Positions 34,239 through 47,522 are shown, counted from the stretch's first letter. The stretch is 64,000 nt of DNA from Massalongia carnosa (GCA_965645245.1 OZ287068.1:248001-312000), one strand, 5' to 3'. The notes: generated by a model from the letters alone, not told the origin. Made by a program: numbers and translations.

Positions 34239-36019
34239 CATAATTAGCGTCGCAGACCCGAACTCGACGGTCTCTGAATATCAGTGGTTGAACCGATGGC
34301 CATCATTTTACGAGCCAGGTAATTGATTTAAGAGTCTAACGCCATGGCCCAAGACGTTATTGACATCTCAAGTATTAGTGCGGTCAATAGGAAGATGAAA
34401 ATATTTCAGATAGGCTACTGACGACTTCGGAATACAGATCCGACCCGAGTGTCAGCCACAAGATCTTCAGATTAATACAGGTTCGTATTTGGATTTCATG
34501 TATTTCCTTTCATTGCTTCGAATTTCATATAAGCTCTAACGCTATTTAGAAATCTTCACCAATCATACTGGACTCTTGTATACCCTCACAAACGTTTGGC
34601 AGCCTTCCAACGCAACTTCTTCGACACTTTCATCCTCTCTTACATACCTGAACAATCCACTGCAATCTTGCGTAATAAAAACCGTATAGATTGACTTCGA
34701 GGCAGAGGATCGCTCTGCGGCACAGTATTGTTGGACTCAATGGGGACAGAATGTTCGAGTTTGTACTCCCCAAGCTCCTTGAGAATTGCAAGCCTGATAT
34801 CGCTGCTGCAAAAAGGCTTTCATTACTTGCAGTATCGAAAACGACCAAGGATTCACTTCGTTCAATCTAACTTCGGAATACGACTTTGTGCCACCAACAG
34901 CTGGTTTGCCTACATCGAAGGACTATGCTCCCAACCAGACGTTTTCCTTCCTGAGCACGAATGCGCTAACGAAGGCGAGCTTATGGTGGAGAGAAACGTT
35001 ATTGTAAGTTAAGGGCCTTTAAGCCTCAGTCATTAGAATTATAATCAATGGTTGAAAGATCTATGTATTGGGCATATGTATCCAGGGCAATGCAAGATAT
35101 CCGAACGGAGGGAAATAGCACCGTCAACGACTTAAGAAAGGGAACAATATGACCGAGTCTAGTGTACTTACAGTTGCCTATAGATTTCCGAAGACACAAT
35201 CCATCCGATCCGATCAAAGATATCACAGACCCTAATTTCTGGGACGTCGACTATCGCTGGCCAATGAACCAAATCGACGCAGGAATCCTTTCTCTAGGAA
35301 ATTCAGGACTCCCACATAATCTCAGCCAGCCTGGCCTGTCCCTCACCCTGTCCAATCTGGAATCCTTCGGAAACCTGCCGAACATCTGGTTCGCAGCGGA
35401 CGGCCTCGCCAAATCCTTCTATTCCACCATCCTCACCGATCTGGGCCAAACCAGCGCATCCCCAAACATCTTGCTCAACGAAACAACGCTTCAATTTTAC
35501 ACGCAGAAATTTAGCTACATGCTGAGGCATCTTGCAAACGCGATCCCCGGGCCCGGCAATAGGAGTTACTCGGATTTTAAACATCAGACCGGAAACCTGG
35601 GGACTTCGCCCTCCGTCATCTCGATGAAGTATCTCTGCCAGGTCCCGCGCCAGACATCGATGGGGACGATTATTGTATCCGTCGTCATCGCCGACCTCGT
35701 GTTTATGCAAGCGCTGTGGATGCTGTTCAACCTTGTCACAGCCGCTTGGCTCACCCACAGGCAACCAGAAGGTATTTTGTTCCCGCCCCTCTCTCCCATC
35801 TTTTCGAATATTATGGAAGACGAGCGGCTAAAAAAATTTTTTTCTCTCTTGGGTTGCGCGGTAGCGGACTATTGCTCTGGAAGTTTAGCGATGCGTGAGA
35901 AAGAAGGAATTGCCGAGGCACGCACCGATGAGAGACGGCCCTCTTCGGTCGAAGTAACAAGCGTGGAAGAAAGGCGCGAAGTGCCTCGCGTTCTCTTGCG
36001 AGATGAGGAACGTTCATGA
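34239..36019 (+). pseudogene. 3' exons of the conserved fungal hypothetical membrane-protein gene begun at ~8.6 kb
   Basis: SIISVADPNSTV..WLNRWPS, IRPECQPQ, IFTNHTGLLYTL..LTYLNNPL and ORF 35162-36019 (SFYSTILTDLGQ..YLCQVP..VIADLVF). It has an apparent frameshift near 34308, an in-frame TAG at 34687 and several GT-AG introns. Confidence 0.7.
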
Positions 36020-36534
36020 CTCTACATCGCTGTACACGAGATATGCTAGGGGACATTCGGGAATCGACGTTTTCGACGTTTCGGAAATCGTCATATAATG
36101 TTAGATAAAAGTAACTCAGCTAGGGCGAAAGGTGATGCCCCGGATCTGGTGGAGACAGTTCGTGGACAGTCAGTCGATGGAGGTAAAAGGAGAATAGTCA
36201 ATGAAGATCGAGGGCGAAAGGGAAAGGGAACGATGTTTTAAATTAATTGAAGAAGAAGAAGAAGAAGAAAAAGAGAGCATGAATAGATGACCTTCTGGCA
36301 TTCTTCTCCTCATCATCATTATTGATTATTGATTCGGATTCCAGCATCGATTGGGAGGTATAGCAGCATAGCAAAGAGATGTAGCGGTAGCATAACCCTA
36401 TCTCTTATTGCATAAGAAATAAATCTGCAATACGGGGACTTATCTAGTCTATCGTAACATGATCAGTGGTAGCTATCTCAAAGCTTCGTATTAATTGCCT
36501 TCAACTATTTACTACAACAAAATTCCCTGAGGCT

Positions 36535-37052
36535 TCATTCATCCTCTTCCTCATCATAATCCTCATCAATCTCGCTATCTTTGCGAGCAGATATTCCAAT
36601 CGCTTCATTGGCAGTAGCGAGCACGAGGTCATCCGGCTCCTGGTCCTCATCATTAACATGATGAGCCCCTTCTAGTAGCTCCGCATGGCCCATCTCCTCC
36701 ACAAACGCTAGTAAGAACTTGCGGCGCAAGTATGGGCCCGGAGTGCCCCAGAACTTTTTGCCCATTCATCGTGGAGGATCTTGGTATGTTCTGATTGGTG
36801 ATGTGACCTTCTTAGCATGGTGACGCAATAATGGAAATAGAGGTAACGGGCACGCGGCCGATGGTCGCTGAGGAATGCGAGCTCCTGGTGGTCTAGATCT
36901 CTCCATCTCTTATCTAGGGACAGGGGTGGCGATTCTTGCATCTTTTTGGCCTTTGAGTCCACGACTCTTACCTTATATCGCTTTGGCTCGGACGCATGCC
37001 ATTGTTGAATGGCTTGCTCTGAGGATTCATTCTCAACTAGCGGCACTATTAC
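36535..37052 (-). pseudogene. C-terminal fragment of a fungal HNH-endonuclease-family gene
   Basis: VIVP..., W.DLD..EL.F..DHRPRARYLYFHY and GKKFWGTPGPYLR..LLAFVEEMGH followed by an acidic tail; one frameshift. Family recalled from memory; no HNH core is present. Confidence 0.65.
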
Positions 37053-37054
37053 TA

Positions 37055-38392
37055 CAGTCCCGTGCCAAAAGTCTGCGGCCCAACCCGTAATTTTCGTGAT
37101 TTCGCGTTTTCAACTCATCAACCCCCCATCTTCCACCTCATCATTTCACCATGCTTCGTGCTTCTTTGACCCCCATAAGTGGTAATCGGCCTCGTAACAC
37201 TGAATTGACGCCATATCAACGTGGTATGATTGTTGGGGCCCAGGCGTTGGGGCACACACCGACCGAGATTGGGAAGACTCTTAATTTCACTAAATCGACC
37301 GTGCAGAGCACCATTCAGAAGCACTCAATTCGCAACGACGGCGTGTCTAAATCACGTTCTGGACGGCCTGAAGTGCTGTCAGAACGCGATCGACGTTATA
37401 TCATCAAGCATGCACGAATCAATCCACGAATCACTTATGCACAAATCAAACTAGAAGTGGGGCTCGGCTGCAGTCGTACGACTATTTATCGGACACTCAA
37501 ACTGTATGGTTTAACCAACTGGGTGGCTAAAAAACGACCTTTATTGACGCCTGAGGTGGCCAAGAAACGATTGGATTGGTGCTTGCTGCGGCGTGAGTGG
37601 ACTTTTGAGCAGTGGTCAAGAGTTATATGGTCAGATGAGTGCTCGGTGGAAAAGGGGTCAGGAAAACAGCGTCAGTGGGTGTTCAGATTGCCGAAAGAAA
37701 AATGGAATAAAGAGATGATACAACCTGTCCCCAAAGGCAAAGGAGTCAGTGTCATGGTCTGGGCAGCTTTTTGGGAGATGACAGGTCAGATCTTTACAAA
37801 TTGGCTCGTGATTTTGCTGCGAAGAAGATAGGGTACTCGGCGAACTCATATATGGAATTATTGAACGATAATCTGCTTGGAATTTGGCAACCGGGCCTCA
37901 TTTTCATGCAGGATAACGCACCTATACATAAGGCTAAAAAGGTGATGGAATGGTTCAATGAGAACGGCATAGAGGTCATCGATTGGCCCCCCTATTCACC
38001 TGATTTAAATCCCATCGAGCACGTTTGGTATGTGCTCAAAAAGCTCGTCTATCAAGTCAACCCGAACATAGATTTGGTGATCGGCAGTGATGAAACTGTT
38101 CGTGAGGTACTTTGGAAAGCGTTAGAAGAAGCCTGGACGTTGATAGATGTGAAAATGATGAGGAGGTTAATAGAGAGCATGAATAGGAGGATAAAAGCGT
38201 GTATAGCGTCGGAAGGATGGTATACTAAATATTAAAAATTAATTTTTGGGGGAATTCTTGTTTCGTATGTATGTAATCATTATGTAAAGTTTCAAGACAT
38301 TTCAGCAATCGTGACGTGGTTGAATTGTTGATTGAATAGAATGATTGAAATGTTGGTGGGGTGCGGGGCCGCAGACTTTTGGCCTAGTACTG
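37055..38392 (+). mobile_element. Tc1/mariner (impala-like, DD34E) DNA transposon, 1338 bp
   Basis: TA flanks at 37053-54 and 38393-94, with imperfect TIRs CAGT(cccgt/actag)GCCAAAAGTCTGCGGCCC. Confidence 0.92.
37151..38235 (+). pseudogene. Tc1 transposase with one frameshift (~37775)
   Basis: HTH with RSGRP, WSDE, MQDNAP and SPDLNPIE; 34 residues lie between the second D and E. Confidence 0.9.
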
Positions 38393-38989
38393 TAGCTAAT
38401 AGGGTGTGCCCGTATCCCGACCCTATATATATTATTTCTCACGATATTAACCATGTGCTGATGATCTTCTGCCTCGAAATAAAATCACAACATGATCGAA
38501 TTTTTTTTCTTTCGACACATGTTAATATTCGAGTCCAGGTTATCAGTGATCGCTCGAATCAAGTAAATCCGTTCACGGCGCGAAATGGTATCCTATCCTC
38601 GAAAGTTATTTCATCCTACCTCCCCACATGACATGTACATACGCCGCTTTAATAAATTTGGTCCCTAACAGTTATATTCCCCGTACCTACGGTGCATTTA
38701 AGCATATAGGTTAGAAAAGGACAGGAATTCCAGAGCAGGACCTCTTAGTCAGGTTATCATGGTATGAGTAGCGATACTATCAGTCAAAGTTTGCTTTCAT
38801 CACCATAGCTAGCATTGCGTGCTATTGAGCTGACAATGCCGCTTTGGGCTCAAGAGCTAACAGATTGTCCGCGTTGAGGACTACGCGGCATTCGTTATTC
38901 TGTTGGAACTCATAAACATGGGAGTGCTCCAGAGTGGATACCTATGGCAAGACCTTCGCCGCTTTGAATGAGATCTTGTCCAGCTGGGG

Positions 38990-39200
38990 ATGCCGACGTC
39001 AAGGATAGGCACTGAGCACAGCCAAGATGTCAATTCAAAGATGCGATATTAAATGGCGTTACAGGCTCCATATTACGAGCGTCAACTTCAGCGCTATGCC
39101 TCAGAGGCAGTTCGACCATGGACGTATTTTCACGCCTAGCAGCCAAATGCAAAGGCACCACACCTTTATTGTTATTGACTCTATGGTCTGCGGCCTACTT
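38990..39200 (-). pseudogene. Ankyrin-repeat gene relic
   Basis: Minus-strand reading GVVPLHLAARRENTSMVEL.LRHSAEVDARN...TPFNIASLN*HLGCAQCL. Confidence 0.55.
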
Positions 39201-39674
39201 AATCTGCTAGTTGTTCCCTGACCGCTTTACTGATCACTTCATTGACTACTCCATTTACATTAAAGTCAAACCCTTGATGTTGTATTTGTTTCCTTCTGTT
39301 GCCCGCCCCCAGACATTCTTAATCAGAGATAAATGGCCGCCTATATGGTCAGCTGTAAGAGTAAATGAGTGGAGCAGAATGATCAACAGATGTCACATGC
39401 GGATTATCCTCTGGGAGACCTACGAATCACGAGCTAGAAGATGCGTGGTCTCAGACTAAATGCTTCATTCATTCTATCCCCAATAATACCTGTTTCTGCA
39501 CTTGAAGAAGTATAACAACTAAGCCGGAGCTGACGAGCTCGAAACCTGCTTCCGTCTTATCTTGCAACCTCTTCGAACCTTTCCTCCGCTTAACGTGATG
39601 AAGGCATGACAGCTCCACATGAAACAAAACGGGTTAACGAACAGAAGGGCGGCACGGAAACGCTCACATCTTGG

Positions 39675-40742
39675 CTACGAATGAGCCCCAGCGAATTCTA
39701 GAATCGAAGCAGTAAAGTCCTGTAAACAATATGCGGGAACATCAATCACAATAACTTGACCAACTCTCCTGCGGGCCGAAGTAAACCAATATCCAGCGAG
39801 CCTTCCAGAACTAGCACTAACGGTCGATATCACCATAGCTCGAATTGCATCAGAAGCCGGAATGAGAGTCATACTAGCTAACAAAACAGTCCCGTAGGCA
39901 TATAGGACGAAGCTGATTATTGCCGTTAAAGTTTGCAATAGCCATTGAAGATATGTATTCCGAATGCATCGAAGAACGACCGAAGAGCAATCAACGTCGG
40001 CGGAGGGAGCGGTCGGTTGCCTCCTCGGCCTTGTGTCTCCCGTCCTAACATGAATAGTATGGACATCGAATAGAAAAGAGCGGCATAGCACGTTGAAAAG
40101 AGCAAGGAGCTGGCTTAGCCCAACCCATATTCCGACGTTGGCTTTAATGGGACACGCGAAAACCACAACGCCATATCTGGTGATCTCGTACACTTCGTAC
40201 CAGACCCCCGCTCCAACAGCAACTACAATGATGCTCAATGCATAAATCTGTATCTTGCTACTTTGCCACAGTGGACGAGATCTCTGAGATTGAGCTATCA
40301 AGTCTTCTAGAATCGGCAAAGCTGCCTGTATACGAGCATGACCCACTCTTTGCTCTTCGAATATGGCATCAGATAAACGTTTTGTTCTGTACCCAAATCT
40401 TGAATTGAATGTTGTGACAGAAGACATCGATAAGGCAATTGCAAGAAAGACAGATTCATCGGCGATAGACGTGATCTCGTAGATGCTGTTCGACATCAAT
40501 CCGACAATGGTAGGAATGAAAGCCAAAATGGAGGCTCCGGCAGACCAGCGTGCTATAAAATCGCTCGGGATGTTGTTCATGATGCAGCGAAGCATGGCGT
40601 AACATTCGGCCCTTTCATTTGGTGTTTGGCTGCGACATGCTTCGATGACAGATCTTACAACAGAATCTCGACTATTAAAGAGATGGTGGCACAAGCATGG
40701 CCTCGCGAAGAGGAGCGCAAAACAGACTATCAGTATATGCAT
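39675..40742 (-). CDS. Hypothetical multi-pass membrane protein with signal peptide (355 aa)
   Basis: Intact ORF with a hydrophobic N-terminus, a Cys-containing extracellular part and several TM-like segments. Confidence 0.75.
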   Translation of the reverse strand: MHILIVCFALLFARPCLCHHLFNSRDSVVRSVIEACRSQTPNERAECYAMLRCIMNNIPSDFIARWSAGASILAFIPTIVGLMSNSIYEITSIADESVFLAIALSMSSVTTFNSRFGYRTKRLSDAIFEEQRVGHARIQAALPILEDLIAQSQRSRPLWQSSKIQIYALSIIVVAVGAGVWYEVYEITRYGVVVFACPIKANVGIWVGLSQLLALFNVLCRSFLFDVHTIHVRTGDTRPRRQPTAPSADVDCSSVVLRCIRNTYLQWLLQTLTAIISFVLYAYGTVLLASMTLIPASDAIRAMVISTVSASSGRLAGYWFTSARRRVGQVIVIDVPAYCLQDFTASILEFAGAHS

Positions 40743-41263
40743 TTTCTACGGGCTCCTGTGACCAAGCATCAGGAAATAGTGAGACGTGCCCATGATATGT
40801 AAGATAAAAAACAAGGCAAAAGACAAGGCTGAAGACAGAACCCATACACGCTGCACCTCGCCACTGACTTCACTTTCGACTTCCAGACGGCATGTTCTAG
40901 ATCGGGGTTCTATACCTAACTGTGACAGTTCATGATGAACAAATTGCACTATCTTCAACCCCATGAGTGAATTCACCTACACAAAGAGTATATCTTTATA
41001 CAGAGGCATAGCTCCCTGAACTGGTGGCACGTGGCCTTAACCCGGACGTGCGTAGGTCTACGAGCGGCTAAGCCCCTTTGGATTAGCGTAAAAGCTAACT
41101 AATGTGCTACAGAAAAGCTACGTCATCAGCCCATTAACCCAAAGGGACCCAAAGGGACCCAAAGGGGCTTAGATGGACAAGCCTGAGGTACCAAGGCCAC
41201 CGTGGGAGCTTCCCAACAAACACGGCCAGAAGGGGGAGGAAATATCGAAGACAATAATGATAG

Positions 41264-41608
41264 TGTTGAACAAAAAACCAACTAGGCCCCTGTGTAAATC
41301 TTTACTAGTAAACAGCCTTTTTACTACTCATCCAGGGTGCGTACAAGCTAGCAGTTACACTACCTATTAATAATGTTGCTGTTACTGTGGGTTTACCCCA
41401 ACTCGTGGCACCAGACGTATGACTACGTCAGTGCTTGAGTTGGATGGTAAAGTTGTTCTATTAGCTAGTAGCGAGCGTGGGCTATATAGGCGTGTGCCCC
41501 TTTTCGGGGTCACGTGGCTGGCTAGGCGTCCCGTGCCTAACAGTGACGAAGGCCTTAATAGCCTCTAGTCGTGCCCACAGCCCGTTCTATCTACTAGTGC
41601 TGCTAACA
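41264..41608 (-). repeat. Probable 3' LTR of the third Copia, apparently containing a nested short solo LTR (41380-41542)
   Basis: TGTT..AACA termini at both levels, located just downstream of the pol stop. The TSD of the nested piece is imperfect (gttgc/gtgac). Confidence 0.45.
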
Positions 41609-41769
41609 CTGGAACCACTTAGAAAAACGAAATAAACCTCCTCTATGCCTCGATGCCGGGTTGCATCTATGCCTGCTGTCCCTCTACGCCCGGCTTTGCT
41701 TGCCTGTGTGAGGCCTCATATAGCGTCTCACTCAACCCAACTCGCAACTGACATAGCGCGGCCTCAGGT

Positions 41770-44660
41770 TCATTGAACATCATCACCCTGCCATTTTATC
41801 GCCGCCCTATAGCCTGATGCTCGTTCTACCCACTCGGTCGTATCTAGGTTGATGCGATTAGTATCAATCACCGTTTTGAGGGCCGAGGATGCCTTTGTCT
41901 TGGTCATGGAGTCGGCGGGGTTGTTGTGGCCATGAATCCATTTCACCTCGGTCACCTCACGTCTCTCGTATGACTGACGGAGACTTATGACATCAATCAT
42001 TAAGCGTTTCTCTTGGGTCGTCCCGAGTTTTACTAAGCAGTCATATAGCGATTTTGAATCCGTGCAGAGAATCAGTGGAATGTCGGTTCCGAGAAGTTTG
42101 CTAAGGGTTGCCTTTATGACGGCCCCGATATCGAACCCATGTGCCATGCCATATAGCTCGGCGGCCAAGACACTCCGCGTCACCCTTTTACACTTAATTG
42201 ATGACCAATGAATGACGTTGGCTTTGTCAGTCGAGTCAGCAAGGCATATGACATAACCGATTTGTGATGAGAGGTCTCGGTTGTTGGCAAAGGATGAATC
42301 GGTGAAAACGACCAACTGAAGGCTGTTTCGATCGAGTTTGACGTATTTCAGCCCTCGGGATTGATTGTCTATTTGCCACTTAAGTCGCTTGTTTAGGGCA
42401 TTGATATCATCTGAGGAGAACTTTGTTGACTGAGCGGCATAAGATAGATCGAAAGAGGCCTCGGGCTGACAGATGGAAGCTGTGTATGTACCTCTAGCTC
42501 GTTGGGCCACATATTGCTCTCTCGAAGACAACTTTTCTCGAACGATGCCTCGCGAGCTAGTTATCGAGGCGTCATGATTCTTAACCAGCGAGATGCCTCC
42601 AACACGAGTTTCCTGGCTCAACATGATGTCTCTGCTCGGGGCGAGTCGGATCATGGTGCCATTGAACTTGATTGGGGTTTCGAGGATGAGATGAGTGCGC
42701 TCTTTAGTCATGATCTTAGCCTTCTTGATAGCATCTTCTTCTTCGGCCGAAAAGGTGTCGCTTGCTAGCATAAGGGTGTCGTCAGTTTGTAGGCCAACGA
42801 TGCCAAAAGGCTCGGATTTGTAGAGTAGGCATGGATCGTAGGTTGACTCGGTCATGCCGAGTTTTCTAGTATGATGGGCATGATACGTGGCGAACCAATG
42901 ATTGCCTGCTTCCGGGACGCCATAGAGAGGTTTTATGACTTTCAGGATGCAGTTGGATGGAGCTCCCATCATCGCGGTGAGTTCATGAGGCGGGCGGATG
43001 TAAAAGTCACGATTCAACTCGGAATTTGATTGAACGTATGCCTGAGTGACGTCGCGAAGGTATAGCTTTGTTGACTCGTTTTGAAATGTTGCTGTGAGGC
43101 AGATGATAAGACGTTGACTGACTCGTTGAATTGTCGGTGACTGTGTCAGAACGAGGTCTTTATTGAGGTCATTGTAGGCCTGTACGACCAGACGTGATTT
43201 CTCGAAAGCCTTATCGGTGCCAGGATTCTTTATATCGTCAACAAACCTCGAGTTGAAAACGCGTGCGTCATCTGGAACGTCTTCAGAATTTACGAGTTTG
43301 AATACACCTTTTTCTAGAAGTCCGGCGACTTCCTTTTGCCTCGATGAGGTGAATTGGGGTAATTTCGAGATGTCGTCATCATTATCTTCAGGAGTATCGA
43401 TGACGAAGCAGATGTTGGAAGGCGTAGTGATATTGACATGTTCGGGATGCTTTCTGGGTCTTCCACGGCCACGTTTGACTGGTGCTGATGGTGCTGATGA
43501 AGGTGAGGCAGTCGGGGCAATGATTCCCGAGACGAGGGGATTCGTAGGAGGGGTGTCTCTTGCATCGATCGAGGGAACATGTCCCGAGGTGCGAGGGTTA
43601 ATAGATGAGGCATCTCCTGTACCATCATCTATACGTCCTGCACCAACGTCGGCGTCTCCTGCGCTTTCGTCATCTTTTTCATCTTTATTTGTATCCTTCA
43701 TGCCATCAGCAGCAAGGTCGTAGTACGGTTTCAACGAGGTGGAACGGAATTTGGTGGGTCCGCTCGACAGCTCGATAATAGCCGACTCGCCTTGTAGGCT
43801 GAGAAGTTTGTATGGTCCCTTCCACGTCCCTGATCGACCTGCATTGCCTTCTCGGAATACTAGCACCGGCGAATTGATGGGCAAGTCGTGAATTGAGGTG
43901 GTGGACGGGCCGTTTCGAGTGTTCAATGCATCATTAACCTGACGAGATGCATGCAGCTTGCGTACCTCCTCCATAGCCTTTCTCATGGCTATCGTGCGTT
44001 GGGTGATTGTAGGCGAGGGAGCATCCATTTCAGTCATTCTCGGGTAGGCACCGAACACAAGCAACGTCGGAACTAGACCATTCGGTCCTACCGAGTCGTT
44101 GAGTGCCTTGAATGCCATTTGTAGGGCCAACTCGGGCTCGATTCCGGGAATTTCGGCAGTTATGATGCTATATGCTCGACGAAGTGGTCCATGATAGCGT
44201 TCAACTAGACCGATGGAGTGATGCGCTTCGACGGGGACGTTTTTGACAATGATTCCCATGTTTGCAGCATATTGTCGGAATTCCCTGGCCATGAACTGTT
44301 TGCCTGCATCGGCCGAGATGAGGTCGGGGGGGCCGAGATAGGTATCGATCCAACATGCCCGTAGCTGATCCCATACATGTCTGGCCGAAATGTCCTTCAG
44401 CCACCGTCCAGCTTGAAATCGAGTTGCCTCGTCGACTAACTGCAGCACCGCCTTGCCTTCTATGTAAAGAATATCGATGACAATGTGGTAATTAAACTCG
44501 ACGTCATCTTTTATGGTAAAACCGAACCTGCCTGGCGACTTTCCGTGCTTCTGACAATGGTGGCAATATTTAACGAGGTATTCTAGGGCTCGAAGGTCGA
44601 CATCATGACCTGATCGCTCGAGAATCCGATGTAGGCGCGAGACTGATGGGTGCCCGAAAG
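41770..44660 (-). mobile_element. 5'-truncated Copia of a second family (IN-RT-RH, no gag or PR)
   Basis: [50 protein letters not shown] and FTDSSF, with no stops over ~960 codons. Confidence 0.9.
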
Positions 44661-45105
44661 TCGGCTTACCACTTTTGAGCCTTGCGGCTTGTTTTTGGAA
44701 CAATTTTTCCGACAGCAAAGAAACTCTCTCCTGTTCCAGGAGTTGTCTGGCGGCCTCTGTCTCTAGCCATTGCTCCTCTTTTTCACCGCTTATGCGGAAG
44801 TTTTTTATTGAGATTTTCCTCTGCACCTGAACATGTTGCCATTCTTGGCTTACGATACTCTTCCGGTCTTCCCAGTACCTATAGATAAGGCACGCATTGT
44901 TAATGGCTGAACTTTGAAGCTGCATGCAAAAAACTTACTTGGAATTGAATGAGCCTTTTGCCTTAAGCTTCTTCTTGGCTTCTTTCAAACTGGTCTTAAT
45001 TTCGTCTCTTGTGTTCTCGAGCTCAAGTAGAGTCTCTACCCTAGGTTTACTCGACGTTCTCACAGGTATCTTAAAGCTTTTGCTGGAGCCTGGAGTATCT
45101 GTCAT
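41770..45105 (-). CDS. Putative spliced chimeric ORF: host (HNH-family-like) N-terminus fused to Copia IN-RT-RH (~1091 aa)
   Basis: ATG 45105, exon to 44939, intron GTAAGT..TATAG 44938-44879, then open to 41770. The junction to Copia is near 44661. Confidence 0.5.
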
Positions 45106-46434
45106 TGTGTATGGTGCTACTAATGCTTGAAATTTAAGAGGATAAGGAGCTTACAAAAAAAAGAAAAGTAAATCCTAGTGCAATGTCAAGGGTTCTTGGA
45201 AAAAGTTGAGTAAGAAGACAGGATACTTGCTTGCTTAAGACGTTTGAGAATTAAAAGGTTGGGCTGTAAGCTCTCTAGGGTCAATGAAGTTGTTGGGGTG
45301 AAGTTGAAAGATATTGAGAATGAATGAAGAAAGGCTACGGCGAACAATTCAAAATATAGACAAACTTTCCTTTTAACTTCGAAGCTTGTGGAGGCTAAAA
45401 CGCATTTTCAGTTGATTTGACACATTCAACATCTTTCAGTCACTGCAAATCGAAGATTAAGAGTACCTCGCGACAAAGAGAAGGCTCGATCATAGAATTA
45501 ACCTACTGGGAGAGAATTGTGTTGTATTATTGCCTTGTATGTGTGTTGCACGAGTATACTATAAGCTAGTCCGTACCGAGTATAGCTCTCTCGGAGTCCA
45601 TCCGTGACCCGAAGTCCATCCGAAGTCCATCCGAAGACGGTTTTCTACTCCGTACTCTGTATTCTATACGATGTACGAAGTACGGAGCACTTGTATTCTA
45701 TACTGAGCACTCTGTACAGTCAACCTGCCTACCTCCACACTGTGATGACAGCACATATAGCCATAGCAATCTGCAGCTCAGGATCTCTACACGAGTATTT
45801 CAAAACCCCCACCATTCCAGAATCCTGATAGTCGTAAGGTATTGCTTTTTCTTGAGCCGAGAAGCCCAGATAAGAAGAGCTTTCTCCGAGCGTTTAAATC
45901 ATCAGCCCACCACACACTTCCGCGCTGTCCGCAATCTGTCCCTGTATCAAACCACATATGCGTCACCGATTTAAACTCTTTATCTCATCAGCGGCTGGAT
46001 CCGCCTACTCCGAGTTTTCTTTTTTGAGGCCGAATCTGATTAGAAGAGCCACAATAGCGATTTCAGATGTCAATGGAATCACTTTCCAGGACATGTTGTC
46101 CAGTTTCACTTACCGCAGATTATGTATCAGTGGTGGTCCTTTCAGGCCGTCTTTCAAGCTTCACAATGTCTGTCTCGTCTTGATCCGAGTCCTTCCGGGG
46201 TTACATTCAGTGAATCCGCCGTGACAAGTACGTCCTTCGTCGTTCGCCCGCTTCATCGTTTATATCTCAACCGCCATTCTCGTGCGTATTTCTTGTTGGT
46301 CAATGGACTAGGGACCATGTTGCCAATGGTGCCAATCTTCTATGGTTTTCCGATTACGTGGTTTCCCCAACTATGTACGTCTCGTCCCATTATCCCGAAC
46401 TTCATTACTTGATGATTTAGGATCTATCTTGAGG

Positions 46435-47522
46435 ATGATTCGAAGAAGTCTGCTCCCGGTGTTTCTGCTCTTCTGCTCGGCTTCTGCTCAGGCTCCCTTC
46501 GATTTTCTTTCTGCAGTAGCAATAACATCGACACCTTCCCAAGAAGCAGGTGTTATAGAGCCGCTAGATCTTGTGAAACGTGTATCCAAAGCATGCCCCG
46601 CTGCCATGGGAGATGCTGGCCTTGTTGGCAAACGGAAGATGGTTACTCGTTGTGAAGGCGCTGATTGTTGGAATGACGAAAGTGACGAGGCATCCTTTTC
46701 CACATCTTCGGAGCAGCCCGTGGGATGGAACGAGAAGCCAGGGAACCGGGATGCTTCTAACGAATTCGCCACAAGCTTCATAAACGATGACCAAAGTGCC
46801 ATTCTACCTGGAGACGCTGGCCAGAACGACGCGACTGCAACAACCCTATTCGATGATTTGAACATGAATAGCCTTGGAGCAAGTCCCAACGGAGATATAA
46901 CCATGGGCACTGCGGGTACGAACAGCGCCGGGAACCAACCCGATACCACGTTTGGCGGTGGATATAGTACTTTGGCTAATATACCATACAATCAGGATGA
47001 CGGGTAGGTCACATCGCTATTCTGTATTCATATCCGAACACTAACGAGTCTCGTAGGCGGCCCATCGACCACACTACCTGTGACTTCTTCGACCTAGACC
47101 GTCAGGACGACGTTTATCTTGTGTATTATATAGAGATAGCCGAGCATCAGGGCCGTCTAGCCCACCGCAATCCTCAGGCCATCATAGTCTCCGACCTGCT
47201 TGTCCCGCACGACCGAAGATACGATGTGGCTCCAGACCGACGAACCAAAAAGCTCGCGTATCGGAAGGTCGACCCTTTCCGGTTCAAGAGCAGGGCGGGA
47301 ATCACAGAACTAAGCGTGTATGCTAGACGGGGCCTGCTGATGGCCAAACCAGGCGAACCGAAAGAGGACGCACTGTTGTGGTTCGAAGGGATCGCTCGCG
47401 CCCAGCCGGTGGGCCAGGGACGCAACACGAACGACAAGCCCCACTACACTCGTACGTGGGTTGAGTCGGTGTTTGCAACTCTGCAAGGCTCGGGCAGCGA
47501 ATACTGGGTGCCGGCAGAGTGA
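46435..47522 (+). CDS. Hypothetical secreted protein, 2 exons
   Basis: Signal peptide MIRRSLLPVFLLFCSASAQA. Intron 47004-47056 (GTAGGT, CTAAC branch, TAG) joins the two ORFs in frame. Confidence 0.7.

Noticed and set aside
45570..45720. Short repeats (gaagtccatcc, actccgta/tacggag)
   Set aside because: Low-complexity intergenic motifs without boundaries, TIRs or TSD.
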